NCBI GenBank assembly: GCA_964247055.1
Contig: OZ176052.1
Span: 2,666,001-2,730,000, forward strand
Length of the DNA: 64,000 nucleotides
Direction of reading: 5' to 3'
DNA from: Paragordius varius
Taxonomy: Eukaryota > Animalia > Nematomorpha
How positions within the stretch are numbered: position 1 is the stretch's first letter; each line of letters begins with the position of its first letter. Below are positions 25,016-36,578 of this stretch, piece after piece. Under the pieces are notes generated by a model, which was given only the letters and a program-made list of their open reading frames with translations, was not told the DNA's origin and ran no database searches. The position numbers and the translations under genes were made by a program.

Positions 25016-28000
25016 ATGATATTTTTATTAATTCTGTGCCCGAGATTCGTACCAATTTTAAATATTCTTTTTGCATTACTCTTTGTTCAATCGGCCATTC
25101 CGACTGTGATGATGTTAAGTATATGAAATTTTTTTATTTTATAGCGCCCTATAAATAAAATTATTGAATAAAATTTAAACATATTTAAAAAGAGTGTAGT
25201 TACAATCAATATTTGATATTTTATTATATTATAAGAAAAATGAATAGTATAGATTTTAAAATTATTTTAATCCATCAAAAAAATGATATATTTTAATTTA
25301 ATAATAGGTTTTTAAATATTATTATCCCCTTTTGTCCTTTAATACTTTATTACCTTTTTGGAAAATCAAATTTAAATATTTTTATATAAACCGATGATAT
25401 TAAGCCTATGAAAATGTGGATTCAATAATTTTTTCAACGCATTATTCGATTTTAAATAGAAATCAAACTTTTTGCAGCTAAATATTTTTTATCATTTGGC
25501 ACAATATGTTATAATTCATAATTTTAAATCAATGCGTTTAACATTCAGAAATTTTCGTTGATTTTTGATTTCAGCAGACTATAGATTTTGCGAAACTGTA
25601 ATATAAAATATCAAAGCATACGATATATAAAAATTATATCATAATAAAAAAATTTTCTGTATGATATGTTTTATAAAACTAAAGGACAAATTTTTTTTAT
25701 AAAAAATACATATTCGATCAAGTCTTATAATTGACATAAAAATATTGTTAAATTTAGCATTCATATTTATTTTACAGTATTTCATTATGCATGAAGTCAG
25801 CCACCTTTTCGGGTGGCACTATTTTTAATATAATTTTTTGCGCAGGTCGCACTTTCAATTTATTTATATTAAGTTTAAATGTGTTTAAAAATTCTTTGAA
25901 ACTAGGTTCTAATACTTTTGTTGAAAAAAGAATTTAAAGCTCATTTTTGTTTATGTTTGGGGTTTTTTTCATTACATTTTTGGCATTTTATTGAATCTAT
26001 GGTCGTAAAATGTCATAGTGAAGCGCTACCTGGGGACAAAGTTAAATTATGATTATATCATTTTTGTCATCAGCCTCATTTTAGCTCTCTCGCGTTTGAA
26101 AATCAATTTTTCTAAAATACCTGTTGGTTCTTTGGCGTGACGCGTGCAAAAAATATAAAAGGGCCGCATATGACTGGTGATTGATTATACGATAATGATT
26201 TACAAAGAATACTATTGAATTTTTTTTATACATATATAGAAAAATATGTGTTTTTTTCAATAATTTATATCACACCTAAAAATTAATTTTGTGTTATAAT
26301 CACAGAATTTCGTCAACTGGATCGCTATTATGACGGGAAAAAACCAAGTGACATAGTTGTGATATTTGATACTCCATTGAATCCAGATTCCCCAGAATAC
26401 GATAGGGGTTTGATTGTGATAGAGGTATTTATTAAATTAAAATGATTATTATAAGGGGCTGGAAACCGATATTTAACGATAAGAAAAACGGTGTTTCCGA
26501 TTTAGAGCGGTGTTTCAAGGCCCATTGTGATGTATGAGATATACTTTTCAGCCACCAATAATTATTATGTTAAAATAGAAGGCGCATAGACTCAAACCAA
26601 TACATATAAATTTATTGTAAAAATATTTCTGCTAAATTTTGCTATTTTACATCATCTCATTATTTTTATGGAACCAGAACGGTGATTCTTATTTTATATG
26701 GTTTAAAGATAAAGGTTATTTCAGTTTCACAAAAACGGTTTCGAATCCCTTAAATGTTTAAAATGCAAAAATCTATAGCATTCAATTGATAAAACTTTGC
26801 AAATATATCAAAACTTTAATCGTGAAACACAAGGTTTATTATATATTCAAATGTTAAATTTTTAGATTATGAATCAACAGGAGTAGATATAGTTAGTCTA
26901 CCTAGTTGCAGGTTGGATATATAAGTATATCCTAATTAGCAACAGAGACTATGAGAAACCTACAGACAGTGATTACCACGTGTCATAGTGTGAGACGCGT
27001 TTCGTCTATTTTGTAGACTCATCAGTCACACATAATGAACACGGGTAAACACTGTCAGTTCAGGAATTGTATATATATATTGAGTTTTAGAGAAGTTGAA
27101 ACCGAATAGAGTCGAGGAAATGAATATTATAAAGCTTAGAGTCCATATTAGACAACCGATTATACTAACCAAATACTATGACTTATAATCCTTAAGCCAG
27201 GATTAAGCTTTTTATAATAAGAAAATGGGAAATATTTTTTGGTGGAAGGCGCCATCTCCTTATTTATAATTCAACAGGAGTAGAGATAGTTAGTCTACCT
27301 AGTTGCAGATTGGATATATTAGTTATACTCCTGTTGATTTAAAATTTATAAGGAGATGGCGCCTTCCGCCAAAAAGATTTTCTGATTTTCTGGTTAAATT
27401 TTTAGGTTTTGTCTTTTAGATGTGCATTTTGCGCATCGCTTTATTTACGCCTTCCAGGTTGGAAATCCTGGATTTAGAAAAATGTTCGATGAATAAAACA
27501 TTTAGTTTTTGATTAAAAATGATTTATTTATATATTTGGAAATATCATAGAGCATAATTCAATATTTCGCTGAACGTTATGAAAATGCTACCAGTAAAGC
27601 CCAAAAGAAGTACAACAATATAACTCTGGACATACATGTATTTGGTATGTATGATAAATTAATCATTCTCTTTATTTAATTTATGCTTGTAAAAAGGCCG
27701 TTTTTTATAACTTTAGCCAGATTTATAATGTGAGTGGCAAACGATTGCGTATTGGATACAAACTTAGTATATCCTATATTGTAATTATTCTGTAAATTCA
27801 TAAACTATCAAGGAGGTTCATGGTGTTTTAAATTTTTAAAAGTATATGCCACACTTAGCCAAAATCAAATATCACATATTTGGCCATATAACATAAATGC
27901 TATAAATCATTTTAAAAATTTATCATCTATAGAAGATTCCGAATGCTAAAACCGGGACAATTTGCAAAAATGCTTGTTAAGAAATTACGCATAAAACAGA

Positions 28001-30044
28001 TTAGATGAATTTTAAATTAAGTCAGAAACTATATAAAATTGGAAATATTTGCCTTAAATATATATTAACATTTATAAAAGCGTATTTTCAGGGATAGGAA
28101 TAGTTTAATTATTATTAAAACACATTTCCTCTCAATCCGATACCGCTTAAGATATCTATATCCTCAAATTTAAAAAAAGTTCTACGTATTAAAATTTGGG
28201 TTAAAATTGAAAAATTGTTTTATGAGATTTATTTTATATAGATGTGGGAGGTCACGAATCTCTTACGGATTCTATGCAAATGGCCATGCGGTTATTCCGA
28301 TCAACTGTTGACAATAGTCATCAAAAAAATTTAGTCATAATATCCGACAATCGATCTCTACTGCATCCATCACATAGGATCAAATCCCTCTTTGAAAATA
28401 TTCAAAAACGTAATATAATATATATATATATATATATATTAAGTAAACTCAAAAATAGCATAAAAATTAAAAGTCTAATTTTACTTTAAGATTTAGATAT
28501 TACTCTAATTTGAGACCAAGGACGCCTAGATTGCACTCACATTTACCCGAATACATTGCTCTGTATGCGCATAATAGACCCTCTTTAAAAAAATTATTTT
28601 TTTATTAATTAATTTTCAATTGAGATACAGTTTTTATAATAATCTATCATATTAAATATTATTCTACGTATGCATAAGAAAAATAATTATAATTTAATTT
28701 TTTTAAATTGTTTTTGCCTCATTTTGAGGGCTCCGAAATACCCACTAAAAGAAAGGGTATATTTAACTTTAAATTTTAGCTAAGGAGCCATTTTAATTAT
28801 CGTGTTTTTCTATTCTTAGGTATCGTAAGGAGGTATCATATGTTTTTCTACAAAATAAGAAACGAGTATAAGGATTTTTAGAGGAAACTGATACTTTGGT
28901 TAAATTTTTTACATTTTAAAATCTTTATCAATAATTTAAACGAAATTTAATTAGGTATGCTTTTAATTTAATCGCATTTATGCCGCTTTAGTTGATAATC
29001 GAAGCTTATTAGAATTCTGTATTAAGTTATACTATTTAACATTAAAATTCAAATTTTAGCCATATTTAAAAAATAAATATTTTACAAATAATTTTTATAA
29101 AACAACGGACTGCTTAAAATCAGTTTTTGTGTCTTTTAGATAAGCAACGTGACCCCGAAATTATTTCGAATTATGATAGCTGGTGTCTTTTCCAATTTTA
29201 AAATATGGCATAGTGTAATTTTTAAGTTATAATTGCTTACTAATAAACCTTGGCATAAACCCCGTAGTTTCTGGGTCTTTTGTAGCCCTCTAAACAAGCC
29301 AAATTAATTAAAAAAAATATGATATTTCTTTATTTTTAAATATATGTAGATTAAAATATTATTATCGGAAGAATTGAATATTAATTTAATTAAAAAATTT
29401 AAATTTAATTTACCTCAAAAAGAGTCATGATACGAAAATTGAGCCATGTATTTTTCCCAAAATCGGAATCATGTAAGGTAAATTTTTGGCCCATTTTATA
29501 TTTACTTAAATTTTTAAATAAAAAGTATTAACAGCTGACTTCTACTCAAATAATTGCGTTAAATACGGAATTCTTTTTTAGATTTTGAAAAAAAAGTTAT
29601 TATTTCTATAGAAATTTTTGATCCATTATAAGAGAGATATTATAGGTCATTTCTGTAATTTAAATGGTTATAAGTGGTTTAATTTACACGTATGTTACCA
29701 TGTATGATATATTTCGTTTTATTAGTTTACTGTTTTTTTAGGAGAAAAATACTGTTTTAAATAAAATATTTAACTGATAAAATAAGAAATCTCATACATG
29801 GTAATATAAATTAAATCCCCCTTTATCCATTTAAGATACTGAAATTGCCTATAATAGAACATTACTGTATACATAAATAGATTGCACAGTGCTACTATTT
29901 AGCCGTATTGTTGGTAAAAACAAAAGTCCTGGTGCTAAACTCATACCTCACACTCATTACTATGGATACAAAAATTTTAGTCAAATACTTGATAATATTG
30001 ATGAACAAAATACCCCAGAATCTGACGATTACTATCGAAAATGA
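25016..30044 (+). CDS. Small secreted single-domain VWA-like protein (~215 aa), absent from the ORF track except one exon
   Basis: Phase-compatible GT-AG exons 25016-25118 (hydrophobic N-term MIFLLILCPRFVPILNILFALLFVQSA), 26306-26424 (KPSDIVVIFD), 27551-27644, 28242-28409 (VGGHESLTDSMQMAMRLF...KNLVIISDN) and 29881-30044 (CTVLLFSRIVG...stop). The strand-helix order fits a VWA fold. An optional extra exon, 27721-27766, is possible. Confidence 0.6.
26988..27031 (-). ncRNA. Minimal type I hammerhead ribozyme (Penelope/retrozyme-type)
   Basis: Minus strand GUGUGA CUGAUGA GUCUA-CAAAA-UAGAC GAAAC-GC-GUC/UCACAC: complete core, 6-bp stem I, 5-bp stem II, palindromic 2-bp stem III and a GUC cleavage triplet. 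Confidence 0.88.
27191..27477. mobile_element. Palindromic MITE
   Basis: Outer inverted repeat CTTAAGCCAGGATT / AATCCTGGATTTAG; inner stem GG(T)GGAAGGCGCCATCTCCTTAT (27241-27263) pairs with 27348-27370. The loop matches 26874-26920. Confidence 0.75.
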
Positions 30045-30325
30045 TCACCAATTAATATAAAATCAATTACGTTAAATTTTGTAAGGCCCTTGTTATAACT
30101 GAATGATGAACTGGTTCGCGTGCAAGAAATTAATAAATTACAAAATAATGATATTATAACAAAATCTAATTATGTATTCAGAGATGGGTTCCCGATGAAT
30201 TTGGATTGAATAATATGAAACTAACTTGTAGTATTTTATATTTTCATAAAGCATTATTATAGATTGGTTTGTTGGTAAAAAATTCTGAAAATAGTGATAG
30301 AAATTTTTTCTAGATATATCAATTG

Positions 30326-31264
30326 CAGGGCTTGGAACCAATTCAAAAAAGTGGAATTGGAACCGGGTCGGTTTCTGAGCAAGAGGTACCGGAACCGCAT
30401 TGGTTCTTAAGAATTTAAAAATAGAACCGGGCGGTTCCTGATATTTGGAACCGGAACCGGGGTGTTTCTTGAACAAGTGGTACCGGAACCCCGTTGGTTC
30501 TTTAAAAATAGCGGTTCCGGAACCGGTTTTTTACATTTAGAACCGGTTCCATTTCGGTTCCTGACTTTAGATTAAATGATTTTCTTACAAAATTATTATA
30601 TAATAATAATCCAACCAAAATATTAACAATTATATAAATTGCAAAATGTATAGTGAAAGAAATATAGTTTAGCATAATAAATGAAAGATATAAAAATATA
30701 ATAGGAAAATGTATAAGTACAAAGGTATATATGAGTGTTAAACTAAGTATGGCATCTAAAAATTCTTTATTTAACTTTAAAAATTATTGCATCAAGCAAT
30801 ATGCTAGTCAAACTGTTTCTCTGGTCTTTCAATATAAAATTAAGGGTGAAAAAGCTCCTTTCAACGGGGACCTATATAAACGAACATAAGTATTATAAAT
30901 AAACTTGAATGACTATTTTTTAGAAAAGCCGAATCATCCAAAGTTGAGAGAGTATCGCTAATATAATAATAGACGCTTAGTTTTAGGTTTGAAATTTGAA
31001 GTATATAACATTTTTATAATAAAAATCATATGGGAACCAGTAATTAAAGGGATGGAACCGGAACCGGATTGGTTCCTGAACGGTTTGAACCGGAACCGAG
31101 TTGGTTCCTAAAAATTAATAGATAGAACCGAAGTGGTTCCTGAAATTTTGGAATCGGTACCGGGGTAGTATCCAAAGAAGTGGAACCGGGACAGCGTTGG
31201 TTCCATCCCAATGAAACCGGTTCTTGTTAAAATCCCAGGAACCGGGTTCCGGTTCCAAGCCCTG
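30326..31264. mobile_element. hAT MITE, 939 bp, TSD ATCAATTG
   Basis: TIR CAGGGCTTGGAACC / GGTTCCAAGCCCTG; TSD at 30318-30325 and 31265-31272; many GGAACCGG subterminal repeats. Confidence 0.92.
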
Positions 31265-33119
31265 ATCAATTGTATTGTATAATGTTTTTATGGATAATTG
31301 GGCAGTTCCATCACTTAATTGAGCAAAAGTCCTTATTTGTACAAATAAATATATGGACCATGTAAACACAAGGCCATGCTTATAAATTTTATCTATGGAT
31401 CTAAGTAAACTTTTTATGACCTTCAACAAGTAACTTAGCAACCGGTTGAAGGATGACTAAAAACATAAGCTATTAGCAAATTATTTTCTGAGGTGTTAAA
31501 ACACTAACGATTCGGTAATTTCGTATAATAATCTACGAAAAAAATTTGGCTTGCACAAAAAGTACTATTTAAGGTTTAATATATAAAATTATCACGAATT
31601 AAAATGGACAATATATTTTTGTAATCGTAGTTTCAAATTTGGATTCTAAATTTTAACATTATTAAAATTTACTGATGTAATATATATATTCTTATAGAGA
31701 AATGTATCAGGCTGGTGGTTATTTTTTGGGATTTAAGAGTCATTTAAAAAAGATATTAATACTTTTGTATTAATTGTTCCACATTGGGAAAATCAAAAAA
31801 TCGCACATTATGCTAAGTAAACTTTTTAGTGAAGGCTAGATGGTTCATTGTTCAAAATACGGTTAAAACAAAAAACTAAATTTAAAAAATTTTGATTTCA
31901 ATAACGATTTTTTTTATAAACACAACTTATATTTAACCAAAATTTAAGACAATCAAATTTATTAAAAATTTGAAGTGATAAAAATGTTTCCTATATTTAT
32001 ATGGAAAAAATGTTTTATTTTTTTAAACCGTTTCCTCAAAACTCCTCCAAGAAATTTTAACTATGAATAAAAGCCAAAATATCTATTTTTCCAGAGACCT
32101 TTTTTGAGGTCATAATTTTTATAGTTATTCGCACAATCTCGTAGTTTTACAGTTTTTTTCAAGAAAACAGGCCGCTTTAGAAAGGTCCAAAATATTAGAC
32201 TGTCAGAGCTTACGTCTACACAAACTATATATAAAGAGCAAAACAATATGGTTATGTAATTATAGGACGTGGGCTTCGAAAGTCTTAAATTATTGGACCC
32301 GTTAAAATGGGCAAGTTTTTATAAACTAAATGATGCCGATCGCGATAAAATAAATATGTGCCAAATTTAGACATCACAAAAAAATTTCTATAGCACAATT
32401 TTGCTGAAGAGAGGTTTATGGTAGTTTGAAACATAGTGGACACGGTATATAAACAATGATGTTAAACCTTTCTATCACCTCAGATTTTAATTTAAAATTG
32501 TATCTACAAATTTAAATAAATTGTGTTTGCAAAAAATATCATTTTCAATTAAGAGTCAACGTTTTTTTGATGTGATGGATATGTTTAGCATTATCTTTAT
32601 GTACATATTTATAATATTTTTTAAGTGTGTTTACCTTTTCGACTATGCTTGAATATACGATGAAAACAGCTTCATTAAGTTTTTTAAATTAACAATTCAT
32701 TACTTTTTCAGTTTTGTCTGTGATGACATGTTGGGATATTTTTATATCCCAGATTTCAATTGTGTAAATAAACTACTGTTTTGAAAGTTAATATAGCTAA
32801 AATTTAATTATCAAACATTTTTCTCCTGCATTAATAAAAAAGCTAATACTTGTTTGACTTTTGTGGCTTCTAGAGTCTAAAATTGGGACATCTCAAAAAC
32901 TCGATTTGAATAAACAACTGATATTAAAATCAATAAATATTGAGCATTTGCTGGTAAAATGTACCTGAACGCCCACTTAAGTTATTTTTTACATTTTGTA
33001 GCCAAAATATAAATTTATTGCCCATTGTAACAGCGTTTTAAAACTCTTTTACCTTTTGTGGTAGATTTATATCCCTGAGCGATTTGAAAATTGAATATAA
33101 AAAATATTTAACATATCAA

Positions 33120-36024
33120 TACTTCGATTTAGGTATATAACTACCCCAGACAATATTTAAAATGATTATTTCAAAAAACAATCCAAGGAAACGGTTCCTA
33201 TTTAAATTTATGCTTCATTTTATTAAAAAATATATAAATAAGCTAAAGAAAATTAAATTTTGGAATTGTGTAACGAACTACTTGGACGCCATTTTTATTT
33301 TATAACATTTCCACAAAATATAGTCGTATTTATGCGCCCAAAATTAAGTTTTCGATTTTATTAAATCACTTTTAACATTGATATAAACATAAAAACTTTG
33401 TATATTTTGCATTTTTTTATATTTAGCTTATGCACACATTGTCATCTTAGTTTAATTTTTACCTTTAAGCTTTTCTTCTGAATAAATAGTATCAAGTATT
33501 TTTAAACAAATTTTTTGTTATATTTCGGTTTAATATTATGCAAACTTTTGCCATGGTTTAAATTTATTCCATACTTTTTGAAATATTTACTTTTAACCAA
33601 TCTGGGGTATCTAACTAGCCCAATTTGAATGGAAGGACTGAAATAAATGTGTTGTATCCGATTGTTAAGCCGAATTTAGAAATATTCTTTCATTGTACAA
33701 AAAATACGTAAAATTGTATAATCCTCATCTTACACTTTTTTGCCGTCATTATTTTCGAATTTATTTAAATCCCCAACAGGCAATAAATGTATATTATGGA
33801 AATGTAAATAATTAACTTTAAAAAAAATTTAGACTACATTTTACCGGCAAAAACTTGATAAATTTTGATTTTTATATAAGCTGTTCGTTTCGATCGTGTT
33901 TTGGAGCTGTTCCCATCACTTGGATACAACACATTCATTTTAGTCCTTCGATTCAAATTTGGGTAATTAAATACCCAAGGCCTGTTTAAAATTAAAATCT
34001 TTATAAATATAGAAGGAATCGAAACCATGGCAAAATCTTCCACTTATATAACATAAATAAACCGAATAATTAAAAAATTTTATTCAAAAATACTTGATAT
34101 TATTATTTTAAGCTAAAACCGAAAGGTAAAAATTTAGTCAACGTGACATGCGTGCAATGATAAAATTGAAAAATAATATAAATAGTTTTTTAGACTTCTA
34201 TTAATGTTAGATGTAATTTAAATAAAAAAATAGCGTTATTTTTACCCTTAAAAAATGGACGATATTTTGCAAAATTTTTGTAAATCAAAAATGGCGTCGA
34301 AGTAGTTTGACATGGAACTTATTTTAAAAACAAAATTTTATTTAGATATTTTGGCATATTTATATAATTTTTATTAGGATAGGAGCATAAATTTAAATTG
34401 GGACAGTTTTCTTCAGTAGTTTTTTAAAAGTCCTACTCAAATTTAGTCTGGGGTACTTCGATATCCCAATTCGAATCGAAGTGTTAAAGAATCTAGAAGT
34501 CACAAAACATTAAAAAATATGATTTTATCTAATACACGAGAACAATGTTTGATAATACATTTTAACTAAAATCAACCCCAAAAGGCAAACTTGCACAAAA
34601 AAGTAAAAGATAATTAAATTTAAAGAAAAAAATGGTGCAGATAAAAAGTTGAGATATTAGCATTTTTGCGTTTAGTTTAAGATTCCAATTTAGACGGGGC
34701 CAAAAATTAGAGACATTCGCCCACATCTTAAAATATAAATAAGAAAAATATTTTTGTGATATTTTTTGAAGTCAAGCATTTAGCTTTCACAAAAACAATT
34801 TCATTAAGTAAAATGTGCCCCAATATTGCCATTTTCTGATATGGAGAAGTTACCACAATAATGGATATAGCTTTTTTACAAACATGTTAATCTGATACTT
34901 TTATCTATCGGAATACATATATTTCAGGATATTTTTGTAATCCCGCATTTGTGTGCCTATAACTTTTTTATAACCCATATATTCAGACGGGAGAGAGCTT
35001 ATTGTAACACTTCGATTCAAATTGGGGTATCTAAATACCCCACACGATATTAATGTTCACATTTTTAAAAAAATTACTGAAAGAGACGGCAATTTAAATT
35101 TAAACTTTATCCTAATCAAAATTTTATATATAAACCAAAATATCTAAATAAAATTTAGTTTTGGGAAAAAAAATCCGTATCAAACTGCCATTTTTATTTT
35201 ACAAAATTTTTGCAAAATATAGTGTTTATCTGATTTTAAGGCTAAATTTAAGTTTACTTTTTTAATAAAACCACAATATAAGCAGAATAAGTGTTTATTT
35301 TGCATTATTATATTTAGCTTATGCACATAAGTCTTAATGGCTAAATCTATTTTGGGTTTTACCTCTGAAAAGGCAATATTAAGTATTTTGAATAAAATAT
35401 TTATTTTATTTCGGTTGATTAGTGTTATATAAGTGCACACTTTTGCCATGGTTTCAATTTATTCAATAGTTTTGAAATTTTTAATTTTGAACAAGCCTGG
35501 GGTGTGTAACTCCAATTTTAATCGGAGGCTAAAAATTAATGTGTTGTATCCAAGTGTTAACATATATTGGGGTATTTAGGAGCTATATTTAAGGTGATGT
35601 TTTTAAAAAACTACTAAAAGAAACGGTTTTAATTTAAATATTTGCTTCTATCGTAGTAAAAATTAGATAAATGCCAAAATATATAAATTTAGTTTTAATA
35701 AAAAGTTTCATATTAAATTACTTCATTTTATTTGATTCTAGCGCTAAAATAAAGCTAATTTTTTATTTAGATTACATCTAACATTGATATAAACAGAAAA
35801 AGTATTTATAAATTACATATTTATTTAGCGAATGCAAAATGTTATGTTGACTATTTGCTACCCTTGGGGGATATTAAATTTTTTTAAATGATTTATTATA
35901 TTTGTAAGAGCAAACTTTTGCGATGGTTTCCATTTATTTCATATTTGAAATATTTTATTTTAAACATACCCCAAAGACCCCAATTTGAGTTGGTGGACTG
36001 AAATATATGTGTTGATTTAAATGT
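33120..36024. mobile_element. Cluster of four piggyBac-like MITE copies (~33120-33664, 33917-34483, 35008-35556, ~35561-36024) plus a fragment of the 2820/7265 family
   Basis: Same termini and internal blocks as 1539-2100, in mixed orientations; several ends abut TTAA. Confidence 0.65.
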
Positions 36025-36148
36025 TAATATATAAATTGCTTTTTAAAACGTTCATATGTAATTGTGAAACTATTACACCCATACCATGTTTTTATTTTAG
36101 TTTTTTTTATATTTTTTTTTATTTTTTGTTTATTATTTTTTTATTTCT

Positions 36149-36539
36149 ATGAATGACTTACGCAATGATGCTCCTCTAGCAAAATTTGAATCAGAAGAAT
36201 GGTTAGATAAATTTGAAAACAAAAAATATTTTGATTCCGATGAAGATTTTATTGACAAACCCGCTGTTTCTTTGGAAGATTTAGTCAATTCTTTTGATAA
36301 AAAAGTTTCAAACTGTTTAAAAGATTACAAACAAAATGTTGGCAATATTGTTCCTTTCCAAAATCCTAATCAACGTGATCATTTAGAAGAATATATGTTT
36401 AGTTTTTATATCTAAATTTAGTACGAATTGGTGGACACTTACTGGTAATTATGGACCATTTTTACCTATTGATTGGAATCAAACGTTAACCAAACAATTA
36501 TATCTACCATCAATCTGTGTAAATTTTTTTTTAATTTAC

Positions 36540-36578
<39 letters not shown>

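Noticed and set aside
26067-26073. Second CUGAUGA on the minus strand
   Set aside because: No stem II followed by GAAA, so it is not a hammerhead.
27420-27500. Apparent VWA exon MCILRIALFTPSR after an AG
   Set aside because: It falls inside the right arm of the 27191-27477 MITE, and the gene splices in phase without it.
32170-32445. GC-richer coding-like island that could be joined with 15-16 nt GT-AG introns
   Set aside because: No recognisable homology anchors the frames and alternative frames on both strands are equally open, so such short introns cannot be supported.
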